From NCBI GenBank assembly GCA_963675745.2, contig CAXXWX010000015.1, positions 384,001 to 448,000 on the forward strand: a DNA stretch of 64,000 nt, given 5' to 3'. The DNA is from Phycisphaerae bacterium (GTDB taxonomy: Bacteria; Planctomycetota; Phycisphaerae; UBA1845; Fen-1342). A program made the position numbers and the translations under genes. Position 1 is the first letter of the stretch, and each line of letters opens with the position of its first letter. Below are positions 28,565 to 38,800 of this stretch, one piece after another. The notes beneath the pieces were generated by a model, which worked only from the letters and a program-made list of their open reading frames with translations, had not been told where the DNA came from and made no database searches.

Positions 28565-31500
28565 ATGAGCACAAGATCACTTGCTAACGCTGTCTCGGCG
28601 CTCGCCATCGCGGCGCTGTTTGCGGCGGGTGTCGCCGGCGGCGACGTATGGCTCGCACCCACACCGGATGGCGCACTGGGCGTCAAGGAGATGAGTGCCG
28701 CCGCACCGCCGACCGTGTCGATCCAAAGCCGGGGCACTGCCGGGTTCAGTGCTGCGCTGCGGCTGTCGGGTGTGGAAGCGTTGACCCGCCAGACCAAAGG
28801 GGGTGATTTTGTGGAGCTGAGCTGGCCGGATGCCGCATTCAACGGCGCGGTCGGCGCGCCGCGTGTGCCCGTATGGCGTGAGCTGTTCATCGCCCCGCTC
28901 GATGCGGACGTGCGCTTGTCCGTAAACACCGGCCAACCGGTGACAGGCGATGAGAAGTCGCTGGACCACAACCTGCTCGCTCTGCCGGTGCAACCGTCAA
29001 TCGTCAAGCTGCCCGGTGCGCGCGAGGCGGCGGTTTTTCAGTATGACGTCAAGGCTTACAGCGCGGATGTGGCCCTCCCCGCCCAACGCGCAACCGTCAG
29101 TGAGTTCGGGATCATCCGCGGCCAGCGGGTAATGCTGCTCGAACTCCAACCGGTGGCCTATAACCCCGCAGCCCGGGAGATCACAATCTACCCCAATCTC
29201 TCGGTCGATATTCAGTTCACCGGCGGCACCACGACGCACCAGGGCCTGACACCAATGCCCGGCCTGGAGCGCATCACGCTCAACCCGGAGCTGGTGTCCA
29301 GTGTCAAGCATCGCGGGTCGGGTAACTATCTGATCATCACCGCCGACAGCTTTGCGGCCGGCATCGCGCCGTTTGCCGCCGCGAAACAGGCGCAAGGTTT
29401 CAGCGTCATCACGCACACCGTGACCGACGGCACCGCCAACACCACGATCAAGAGCTATATCGAGGGACTGTGGGGCGGCCCGGATTCGCCGGACTATATT
29501 CTGCTCGTCGGCGACACCGAGTGGATTCCGCATTGGACTGGTGGTGGCGAGGGCAACCCGGCCACCGACCTGCAATACGGGTGCATGGACGGCGCCGGTG
29601 ATTGGGCGCCCGACATCGCGGTCGGCCGCTTCCCGGTGCGCGATACGACGCAGCTCAGCGACGTGATCGCCAAGACGCTGTACTACGAGAACGGCCCGCT
29701 GGCCGATCCGGACTATCTGAAGCGCGCGGTCTTCATGGCCTCGGTGGACAACTACCAGATCACCGAAGGCACGCACAACTACGTCATCGACACGCACATG
29801 GAGCCGAACGAGTACATCTGCGACAAGCTATACCAGGTGACATACGGCGCGGATACTCAGGATGTGCGCGACTCGTTTAACGCCGGCCGCTTCTACGGTA
29901 TATACAGCGGTCACGGCGGAACCTATTCCTGGGCCGACGGACCTCCGTTCGAGCAAAGCGACGTAAACAACCTCACCAACGCCAACATGTATTCGTTCGT
30001 CTGGTCGTTCGCCTGCATCACGGGGACGTACACGGCGAGCGAGTGCTTTATCGAGACGTGGATTCTGGCGCCCAACAAGGCCGCCGTCGCCGCGATCGGT
30101 TCGTCGGTGAACAGCTACTGGACCGAGGATGACATCCTCGAACGCGTGCTGGCCGATGCCCTCTTTGACGCGGAAGACGACGTTCCCAGCGAGGCCGGCC
30201 CGCTCTGGAACGAGGGCCGGGCGCGCTACTTCGATCACTTCGGTGATTCGGCAACGACGCGACGATACTTCGAGATGTACAACCTGATGGGTGATCCGGC
30301 ACTGGCCCTGCCGGGGTCATGCTCTGACGCCGGCACGATTTCGCTGGACGGCAACAAGTACGCCTGCGAAGACACGGCCACGATCCAAGTCGGCGATTGC
30401 GGCCTGAACCTCGACGACAACACCGTCGAGATTGTGATTGTGACCATTACGTCGGATTCAGAGGCCGGCGGCGAGAGCGTCACGCTGACGGAGACCTCGG
30501 CAAGCTCCGCCACGTTCCGCGGGCAGATTGTGCTCAGTGGGACCGACGCGGCGGGTGTTCTGCTCGTCGGCGCGGGTGACACCGTCACGGCGACGTACAT
30601 TGACGCCGATGACGGCCAGGGCGGCACTAACGTCGTCGTCGAGGCCAGCGCGACGGTCGATTGCACACCGCCGGTGATTTCCAATGTCCACGCGGCAGAC
30701 GTGCAGCCGCGCGACGCCACCATAGCCTTTGACACCGACGAGCCAACGCGTGGTACCGTGTACTATGGCATGAGTTGTGCCGTGCTTGATGGCACGGCCG
30801 TGGGTGGCGGCTACAGCGTCAATCCGACAGTCGCCATCGACACCCTCCAGGACGACACCACGTACTACTATGTTGTCGAAGCCGAGGATGAAGCCGGCAA
30901 TGCCGCCATCGATGACAACGGCGGCGCTTGCTACACGTTTACCACGCCGGAGATTCCCGACTTCTTTACCGAGTTGTTCAGCAGCGACAATGATCTGGAC
31001 AACATCAGCCTGCACTTCATCCCGGTCGGCGGATATGAGTTTTACGCCGGCTGTGTGGAGCCGATCACCGTGCTGCCGACCGATCCGGCCACCGGCACGC
31101 CGATCTCGTTGAGCGACGATTCCTACGACACGATCACGCTCACCGGCAGCCCGGTCAGCCTGTACGGCACGACTTACAGCACGTTTTACGTGGGCAGCAA
31201 CGGCTTTATCACCTTCAGCAGCGGCAGCACCAGCACCAGCGAGTCGCTCGAAAATCACTTCAGCCAGCCGCGCATTTCGGGTTTGTACGATGACCTCAAC
31301 CCGGCGTCCGGCGGCACGGTAAGCTGGGAGGAGTTTGCCGACCGCGTGGTGGTCACCTGGCTTAACGTGCTGGAATACAACACGTCGAACGCCAACACCT
31401 TCCAGATCGAGATGTACTTCGACGGGCAGATCACGATCAGCTATCTCGACATAACCATCAGTGACGGTCTGGCGGGCCTCTCGGCCGGCGGTGGCGTGCC

Positions 31501-32599
31501 GCTGGACTTCTTCGAGTCCGACCTGTCGGGTATGGGCAGTTGTGGCCCGCGTCCGCCGAGCGCGTCGAGCGCCGAAGTCAGCACGCCGTCCGACACGCCG
31601 GTGGCGATCACGCTGCAGGCCACCGACGACGGCTTGCCCGATCCGCCGGCGGCGTTGGCGTACATCATCACGGCGCTGCCGACCCACGGCACGCTGAGCG
31701 AACCGGGCGTCGGCACGATCACGTATGTTCCATGGACGCTGACCGCTTCAGTGAACATGGTCGATTACGATCCGGCCGCGTGGTATCTCGGCGGTGACAG
31801 CTTCACGTTCGTTGCCGACGACGGCGGCGTGGCTCCGGATGGCGGCGAGTCAAACACTGCAACCATCTCGATTACCGTCGGCGGCCCGCGCCTGGTTTAT
31901 GACTTCCCGATGGACAGCGACCCCGGCTGGACTACCGAGGGCGAGTGGGCCTTTGGAACGCCTACCGGCGGCGGTTCGCACAGCCTCGACCCCACCAGCG
32001 GGCATACCGGTGACAATGTCTACGGCTATAACCTGGCCGGCGACTACACCGACGACATGCCGCGGTATTACCTGACGACGACGGCGATTGACTGCACCGA
32101 TGTGACCGAGACCGAGCTGCGCTTCTGGCGCTGGCTGGGCGTCGAGTCGTCGCGTTACGACCACGCTGACGTCGCGATTTCAAACGACAGTTTCGTGTGG
32201 ACCACGTTGTGGAATCACGACGCCTACGAAGCCATTGATGAGGGTGAGTGGACAGAGCACACCTATGACATCTCGGCGATCGCGGATGGCCGCGCGGCGG
32301 TATTCGTACGCTGGGGCATGGGTGCGACAGATGGTTCAACGACCTATCCAGGCTGGAACATCGACGATGTGCAGGTCTGGGGGGTGGCCTCGTTCGAGCC
32401 ACCGGCGCTGGGTGACATGAACTGTGACGGCGTCATCAACAACGGTGACATCGACCCGTTTGTCCTGGCCTTGACCGACCCGGCCGCCTACGCCGTAGCG
32501 TATCCGGATTGCAACTACATGCTGGCGGATTGCGATGACAACGGAATGGTGAACAACGCGGACATTGACCCGTTCGTCGCCATGGTCGGCGGTAAGTAG
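28565..32599 (+). CDS. Secreted gingipain-like (C25) cysteine peptidase with propeptide, Ig/FN3-like, adhesin-like and dockerin-like domains
   Basis: Signal peptide; YILLVGD, PDIAVGRFPV, YSGHG (His), FAC (Cys), YNLMGDPAL; C-terminal GDMNCDGVINNGDIDPFV repeat pair; AAGGA RBS. Confidence 0.85.
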   Translation: MSTRSLANAVSALAIAALFAAGVAGGDVWLAPTPDGALGVKEMSAAAPPTVSIQSRGTAGFSAALRLSGVEALTRQTKGGDFVELSWPDAAFNGAVGAPRVPVWRELFIAPLDADVRLSVNTGQPVTGDEKSLDHNLLALPVQPSIVKLPGAREAAVFQYDVKAYSADVALPAQRATVSEFGIIRGQRVMLLELQPVAYNPAAREITIYPNLSVDIQFTGGTTTHQGLTPMPGLERITLNPELVSSVKHRGSGNYLIITADSFAAGIAPFAAAKQAQGFSVITHTVTDGTANTTIKSYIEGLWGGPDSPDYILLVGDTEWIPHWTGGGEGNPATDLQYGCMDGAGDWAPDIAVGRFPVRDTTQLSDVIAKTLYYENGPLADPDYLKRAVFMASVDNYQITEGTHNYVIDTHMEPNEYICDKLYQVTYGADTQDVRDSFNAGRFYGIYSGHGGTYSWADGPPFEQSDVNNLTNANMYSFVWSFACITGTYTASECFIETWILAPNKAAVAAIGSSVNSYWTEDDILERVLADALFDAEDDVPSEAGPLWNEGRARYFDHFGDSATTRRYFEMYNLMGDPALALPGSCSDAGTISLDGNKYACEDTATIQVGDCGLNLDDNTVEIVIVTITSDSEAGGESVTLTETSASSATFRGQIVLSGTDAAGVLLVGAGDTVTATYIDADDGQGGTNVVVEASATVDCTPPVISNVHAADVQPRDATIAFDTDEPTRGTVYYGMSCAVLDGTAVGGGYSVNPTVAIDTLQDDTTYYYVVEAEDEAGNAAIDDNGGACYTFTTPEIPDFFTELFSSDNDLDNISLHFIPVGGYEFYAGCVEPITVLPTDPATGTPISLSDDSYDTITLTGSPVSLYGTTYSTFYVGSNGFITFSSGSTSTSESLENHFSQPRISGLYDDLNPASGGTVSWEEFADRVVVTWLNVLEYNTSNANTFQIEMYFDGQITISYLDITISDGLAGLSAGGGVPLDFFESDLSGMGSCGPRPPSASSAEVSTPSDTPVAITLQATDDGLPDPPAALAYIITALPTHGTLSEPGVGTITYVPWTLTASVNMVDYDPAAWYLGGDSFTFVADDGGVAPDGGESNTATISITVGGPRLVYDFPMDSDPGWTTEGEWAFGTPTGGGSHSLDPTSGHTGDNVYGYNLAGDYTDDMPRYYLTTTAIDCTDVTETELRFWRWLGVESSRYDHADVAISNDSFVWTTLWNHDAYEAIDEGEWTEHTYDISAIADGRAAVFVRWGMGATDGSTTYPGWNIDDVQVWGVASFEPPALGDMNCDGVINNGDIDPFVLALTDPAAYAVAYPDCNYMLADCDDNGMVNNADIDPFVAMVGGK

Positions 32600-32631
32600 A
32601 GTTTGTAGCCCGCAGCGGCGTTTGTTTGTTT

Positions 32632-32678
32632 ACGCCCGAGGCGGGCGGTCGACACGGCCGCCCGTCTCGGCGTTTTTG
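32632..32678 (+). terminator. Intrinsic terminator after the C25 peptidase
   Basis: acgcccgaggcgggcggtcg...cggccgcccgtctcggcgt stem ending in a T-run. Confidence 0.7.
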
Positions 32679-32873
32679 TGCACACGCCGCGACAGATATC
32701 GTCGCTCGTCGATGTTCAGCCGGGAGTGTGCGCGCAGTACTGTGTCCGAGCCATCAACTACCCCGGCGCATTCCATTACCCACCGGGCGCGGCCTGGTGA
32801 TGCCGCGCGCCTCAGCTTACGGTGCGCTCAGGATGTCGGCGTAGATCGTGTGTGCGGTGAGGCAGGACGCAAC

Positions 32874-34028
32874 CTAACCCGCGTGGCCGCCACCCGACCG
32901 GCGCCGCAGCGCCATCAGGCCACATGCCGCCAGCAGCACGGCGCTGGTGGGTTCGGGAACCGGCGTCAGAAGATAAGCGCGACCGTACAGCGGATGGCCG
33001 TCGAGTTTGCCTGAACCGACGATGTGGCCGTGGTTGTTGACGCCAAAGGCGTAGCTGAGCGACCACACGTCGCCGCTGGCGTCGGTAAGGTCGTCCAGGT
33101 CATAGACCTGCCCGTTCGTGTGGTAAAGATACGCGTGGTACCCGGTTGAGCTGGTCTCCTGGCTCTGGCCGACGACCTGGGACAAATCGTTGATGCCGTC
33201 GGCTTCGCTCAGGAAGTAGCTGCGACCGTTGGCGGTTGCCAGATCTTCGAGCAGGGCGCCGAGGTCGGTTGTCGATCCGGAAGTGGTGTCGTGAAGAAAC
33301 GCGCCGGCCGTGCTCAGCGTGTAGCCGCACAGCTCCCCGAGCTCGTTGACATCATTGGCCATGCCGTAGCCCAGATTGGCGCTCTCAATGGTCCCGGGGG
33401 CGTCCCAATAGGCGACGTGCTGCCCGCCGGCCTGGTAGGCGCTGCCGGCGATGTGTTTCTGGTCGCTGAGACCGTAGGCGAAGTGGCTGTCGGTCTGCCC
33501 GGGCAGGCCGGGCAGTACGTGCGCGGTGCCATCCCAGAAGTACGCCTGATAGGCGGGGGCGTGGGAATAGCCGACGACCTCACCGGCGTTGTTGATGTCG
33601 GTGGCGGCCCCCTCGTCTGATCCAGCCAGCTCGAGGCGTGTGACTGTCTGGGTGACATGGTCGTAGAGGAAACCGGTCGATCGCTGCGCGGTGCCATCAT
33701 TGTAGTACGCCTGGCCGACAACCTGGCCGGCGTCGTTGACACCCAGGCCGAGCGACCGGGCGTCGCCAATCTCGTTCTCGATCAGTGGTGACAGGTCGGT
33801 GACACTGCCGTCGGTCGTGTCGTAAAGGAAAGCGCGGTACGCCATGCCGGTGCCGCCCTCCAGGTAATACCCGCAGACATAGCGGCCGTTGTCGCTGATG
33901 TCCTTGGCGGCGTTGGTTTCGTCAAACGTGTTGATGTAGGTGACGTGATACGGCTGTAACGGGGCGGCGACTGCCGACGCGGCCAACAGCAGCGCTACGG
34001 CGGCGCTGAGCAACGCGGTCCGACTCAT
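32874..34028 (-). CDS. PEP-CTERM protein with HAF-type extracellular repeats
   Basis: Signal peptide; repeats A.[DG]IN..G.VVG...AFLYD; C-terminal VPEPTS-TM-RRR; GGAGG RBS. Confidence 0.9.
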   Translation of the reverse strand: MSRTALLSAAVALLLAASAVAAPLQPYHVTYINTFDETNAAKDISDNGRYVCGYYLEGGTGMAYRAFLYDTTDGSVTDLSPLIENEIGDARSLGLGVNDAGQVVGQAYYNDGTAQRSTGFLYDHVTQTVTRLELAGSDEGAATDINNAGEVVGYSHAPAYQAYFWDGTAHVLPGLPGQTDSHFAYGLSDQKHIAGSAYQAGGQHVAYWDAPGTIESANLGYGMANDVNELGELCGYTLSTAGAFLHDTTSGSTTDLGALLEDLATANGRSYFLSEADGINDLSQVVGQSQETSSTGYHAYLYHTNGQVYDLDDLTDASGDVWSLSYAFGVNNHGHIVGSGKLDGHPLYGRAYLLTPVPEPTSAVLLAACGLMALRRRSGGGHAG

Positions 34029-34526
34029 GCTTGATCCTCCCGGGCAGGTCGCCGGCTGGCACGACCCGCGAATGCAAGAGACCTGAGGGGCTGGCGTGTC
34101 TGCCTGTTCGCATGTGGAAACGCGCGTCCCTCCAACAGGTCTAGGCTCGCCGGCGAGAGGAAGTCAACCCAGGCGGCAAGGCACGCGCGGTAGGTGCGCT
34201 GCGTCTTGTGACGGCACGCTCGGCGCGGCGAACCACCAGCTTGAGATGCCTGGCACCTGTGATGAGTAACGCTCATGATTGTCCGGAACCATCACGGTTT
34301 GCCGGGATTTCGGACAGTGACAATCCATCGTTCGCGCAGGGCACTATGCTCGCCGGGCATTTCCGCGCGGCCGATCGGTCAGTCGCCGCGAATCAGGCAC
34401 CGCGCGCGCCTCTTGAGCGCAATTCGGATAAACTCCGGCTACCGGGTCTTACCGGCAGACTATTCAGCGTCAGTTTGCGGGTCCGCCCGGCGCAATTGAT
34501 GAGTCGGCACACGAATGGAGCGGTGA

Positions 34527-35852
34527 ATGAGCTCGCGGGCTACTGGCGTAGATGGCGTGGCGACCATTCGCGATGTGGGCAAGTGCTATCAGATTTACGA
34601 CCGCCCCGCCGACCGCCTGAAGCAAGCCCTGTGGCGCGGACGCCGGCGTTTCTATCGCCCGTTCTGGGCCCTGCGAAACGTATCGTTCGATGTGGCGCGC
34701 GGGCAGGCGATCGGCATCATCGGTCGCAACGGGTCTGGCAAGAGCACTCTGCTCCAGGTAGTCGCGGGCACGCTCGAACCGACCAACGGTTTCGTGCGCG
34801 TGGACGGTCGCGTCGCCGCCCTGCTCGAATTGGGCTCGGGCTTCAACACGGACTTTACGGGGCGCGAGAACGTGTTTCTGAACGGGGCCATTCTCGGACT
34901 GAGCGAACGCGAAGTGCGTGCGCGTTTCGACGAGATCGCCGATTTCGCCGACATCGGCGACTTTCTCGATCAGCCGGTGAAGACCTATTCCACCGGCATG
35001 GTCGTACGGCTGGCATTTGCTGTGCAAGTGCTGCTCAGACCCAACCTGCTGATCGTTGATGAAGCCCTGGCCGTGGGTGACGCGGCGTTTCAGATCAAGT
35101 GTATGACGCGAATGCGGCGTTTGCTCGACGACGGCGTTTCGGTTTTGCTCGTGACGCACGATGTTGAGACGGTGCGCGCGTTCTGTGATCGAGCGATCTG
35201 GCTTGAACAAGGCCGCGTGGCCGCCGCGGGTTCGCCAAGCGAGGTTACCTCGCAGTACGTGCAATTCCTGTTCGGCGACCAACAGACGGAGCCGGCGGCG
35301 CAGCGCGGCGGCGCGTCCGACGATGGCAAGGCCGGCGCAGATGTTCCGCCGACGGTCGCGTGCCGCCGACTTACCGCCTTCTCCGAACTGGACGGCCTGG
35401 AGCGCTGGGGCAGTGGCCCGTTGCGGCTGGAGCGATTCAGTCTCGACAACGGCGTGCCGGGCGGCCCGCTGGCTTTTGAGCACGGCGACCGCCTGCACAT
35501 CGAGCTGGAGGTGCGGGCCGGCGCTGAAGTCGATGGGCAGTCGGTGGGGGTCGGATTCTCGCTGCGCAATACGAAGGGCCTTGATATCATCACGTACACG
35601 ACCTGGGATGCGGGCCTGCGTCTGCCGCCGCTCCGGGCCAACCAGAGCGTCCGCCTGGGGTTCGACTTCGAGAATATCCTGGCGGCGGGCGAATACGCGC
35701 TGGTTGTCAACGTCGAAGAGGTGCGCGCGGAGGTCGATAGGCACTATTATGATTTCATCGAGAACGCGGCGCTGTTGCGCGTGACATCGTCACGCCGCGT
35801 GTTCTCCGCTGTGCTGCCCCACGTGGAGCAGACGGTTTTTGAGGTGCGCTAA
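34527..35852 (+). CDS. wzt: Polysaccharide ABC exporter ATP-binding subunit with C-terminal carbohydrate-binding domain
   Basis: FWALRNVSF, GRNGSGKST, LLELGSGF, PVKTYSTGM, IVDEALAVGD; about 190-aa C-terminal extension. Confidence 0.9.
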   Translation: MSSRATGVDGVATIRDVGKCYQIYDRPADRLKQALWRGRRRFYRPFWALRNVSFDVARGQAIGIIGRNGSGKSTLLQVVAGTLEPTNGFVRVDGRVAALLELGSGFNTDFTGRENVFLNGAILGLSEREVRARFDEIADFADIGDFLDQPVKTYSTGMVVRLAFAVQVLLRPNLLIVDEALAVGDAAFQIKCMTRMRRLLDDGVSVLLVTHDVETVRAFCDRAIWLEQGRVAAAGSPSEVTSQYVQFLFGDQQTEPAAQRGGASDDGKAGADVPPTVACRRLTAFSELDGLERWGSGPLRLERFSLDNGVPGGPLAFEHGDRLHIELEVRAGAEVDGQSVGVGFSLRNTKGLDIITYTTWDAGLRLPPLRANQSVRLGFDFENILAAGEYALVVNVEEVRAEVDRHYYDFIENAALLRVTSSRRVFSAVLPHVEQTVFEVR

Positions 35853-35871
35853 CGCGCGGCGCGGAGTGCAG

Positions 35872-38800
35872 ATGTCGGCATCCGTCACGGAAACCCCCGC
35901 CTGGTGGGATCGCTTCTACCAGGAACAATACTCGTCGCAGGACGGCCCCGGTCGAGCGCGCCGCAGGATGCAACAGGTGCTCGCCAGCCTGTCCGCCGTC
36001 GAACGCAGCTATCTCGCATCCAGCCAGCCGCGCGTGGCGCATGTGGGGTGCGCGCTGGGTGACGGCGTAGATGTGCTCGCGCGGGCGTTTCCCGACGCGC
36101 GTGTGATCGGCACGGACTGCTCACCGGTCGCCATTGCCGAGGCGAAGCGCCGCTTCGCGCGGCGCGAGTTTCATGTGGCGGTTGAGGGCGAACTACCCGG
36201 CAGATTCGATGTGATCGTCAACACCGATCGACTGCGCGACGACGCGGCGTCCATCGCCACGCTTCAACGGCAGCTCGCGCAGTGCGGGCAGCTCTACATC
36301 GCTTGTGTTCCGTGTGACGGGCAGCCGGATTCAGGCGATGGAAACGGTGGCGATACGTGCCGCGCGCTGCCCGAACAACTCGGCGGTTTCCAGCGTATCG
36401 AGTGCAAGCCAATTGGCGCGGACGAACCGGGTGATCGCCCACCACAGCGAATGCTCATCTATGCGGCGGAGGCGTACACGCGCGCGCGTCCGCGCCGCGA
36501 TGATCGTCTGGCTGAGCAGGAGAAGTGGGACACGCTCTACAAAGAGATGCCGCTGGCGGATGAGAGCAAGTACATCCAGGAGTTCAACTCCGAATTCGCC
36601 GCCATGATCCGCGAGTTGCTGCCTGACGGCGGGCGCGTGCTGGAAGCCGGTTGCGGCGGCGGATGGCAGAGTCTGGCGGTTGCGCGGCAAGGCAAGTATG
36701 ACGCCCATCTGATGGACTTCGCCGATGAGGCATTGAGCTATTCGCGCAGGCTCTTCGAGCGCGCAGGCGTATCCGCGAGCTTCCACTACGGCGACATCAA
36801 CGATGCCGGCACCCCCGAATACGACCTGGTCTTCAACGCCGGCGTGCTCGAGCATTATCCCTTCGACGACCAGGTCCGCCTGCTGAAGGGCATGGCCAGC
36901 CGCAGTCGCAAATACGTGCTGGTGCTGGTTCCGAATCGGCTGTGCTACTGGTATTGGCTCTGGCGCATTCAAGTGCAGGGGCACGACCAGTGGCCGTTCG
37001 GCAAGGAGGCGCCGCTGGCCGACTTGTCGGCCGTGTTCGAGGCCGCCGGTCTGCGTTTTGTCGGCCAGCTCTTCACGGCCGAGAGCTGGACGGAAGCTTT
37101 TATCGAGCAGGCAACCGGATCGGCCGGCGACTTGCAGCACAAGATCCTGGAGATCCATCGATCACCGGTGATCCCCGCCGCCTCGAAAGGCTACCTGCTG
37201 GCGGCGCTCGGGTCGGTGGTTCCGGTGTCGCCGCAGCCGGCGCGCTGGCAGCGTTTCGCGTGGAAAGAACATACAACCGAATCGGAGCTGTACGCCGCCG
37301 TCGGTGACGCGCTGGCGCTGCGGGCCGCCACCGAGCAGCAGTTACGGCGTGCTCGCGACGAGCTGGCCGAGCGCGACCACGAGATTCAGGAACTGACCGA
37401 GCAGATCGCCCGCAGTGACGAGCAGGCGGCGGGCTTTGATGCCAAGCTCAAGGAGCTCTATGAGGCGCTCGATCGCAAGTCGGCCGCCGCGGGGCAACCC
37501 GTTCACGACACCGAACGCGCGCGCGTGTTGGATTCGCCGCACGAAGCGGAATTGCTGGCGAAGATCGAGACGCTGAAAGTGGTCATTCAGCGGCGCGACA
37601 GTGCGATCGCCGAACTGCGAACGCAACTGCGTGGTCAGGGCAAAACCGCCACGGCTTTGCGTGACGAGGTTGACAACCGCACGCGCAAGCACATCGAGCT
37701 GCGCAGCCGGCTCGACAAAGCCGAGAAGCGCATCAACGAACTGCGTTCGTGGACGGAGACGTTGAATGTGCGCTTCAGCGAGAAGGCCATGGAGCACCAG
37801 GAGCTGGAGGCTCGGCTGCGCGCCATGACCGACACGGGTGGCTGGAAGCTCGTGCAGTTGGTCTATCGCGTGCGTTACATGTTGGCGCCGCGCGGGACGT
37901 GGCGTGATCGACTCGTGAAAACAGCCATGTATGCTCAGCGGCGTCTGCGGTTCCACGGACGGCGGGGCCCGGTAGCGCTCGCGCGGGCCATCGGCGGGGC
38001 CACGCGGCGGGGTTTCCGGCGCGCCACCGGTGCGGAGCAAGCCGGGCCACTGCACGCCGGCCTCGAACTGGCGCGTTTGGATGCGGACGCCGAGCCGGCC
38101 ATCGAGCTCCCCGGGCTCGTCAGCGTAGTTCTCCCGGTCTACAACCAGGCCGACATGTTATCCGAGTCAATTGAGAGCGCGCTGGCCCAGACCTACGAGA
38201 ACTTCGAGCTGATCGTTGTCAACGACGGGGCAACGGATGGCGTCGAGCGCGTGCTGGCCAACTATGTCGGGCACCCCAAGGTGCGCCTGCTCACACAGCA
38301 GAATCAGGGGTTGCCCAAATCGTTGAGCAACGGTTTTGACTTTGCGCGCGGCGAATTCTGGACGTGGACGTCCGCCGACAATCTCATGGAACCGGAGCAG
38401 CTTGCCAGGCACGTCGAGTTTCTCCAGGCCAACCCCACGGCGGCGATGGTACACTCCGATTACCTGGCCATCGATGATCGCGGACAGCCGCTGCGTGATC
38501 CAAATTTCCGGCCGCACAACCGCCGCACGCCGGATTCCCCCGAAATACGCCTGCCGCGCACGACGGATGGGCTCAGCACGCGCGACGACAACTTCATCGG
38601 CGCGTGTTTCATGTATCGCGCGTGGGTTGGCCGTTTGATCGGCGAATACACGCCGAATATGGGTGTCGAGGATTACGACTACTGGATGCGCGTCAACGAG
38701 CTATTCACGATCAGGCACCTGGGGACAGACGACATACTCTATCGTTACCGCGTCCACGATAACACGCTCTGCGCGCGTGCCGTGGAACACGGAATCCCCG

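Noticed and set aside
34030..34520. Riboswitch or ncRNA between the PEP-CTERM gene and wzt (also considered at 17860-18280 and 28210-28560)
   Set aside because: No conserved motif that I can recognise; an Rfam/Infernal scan would be needed
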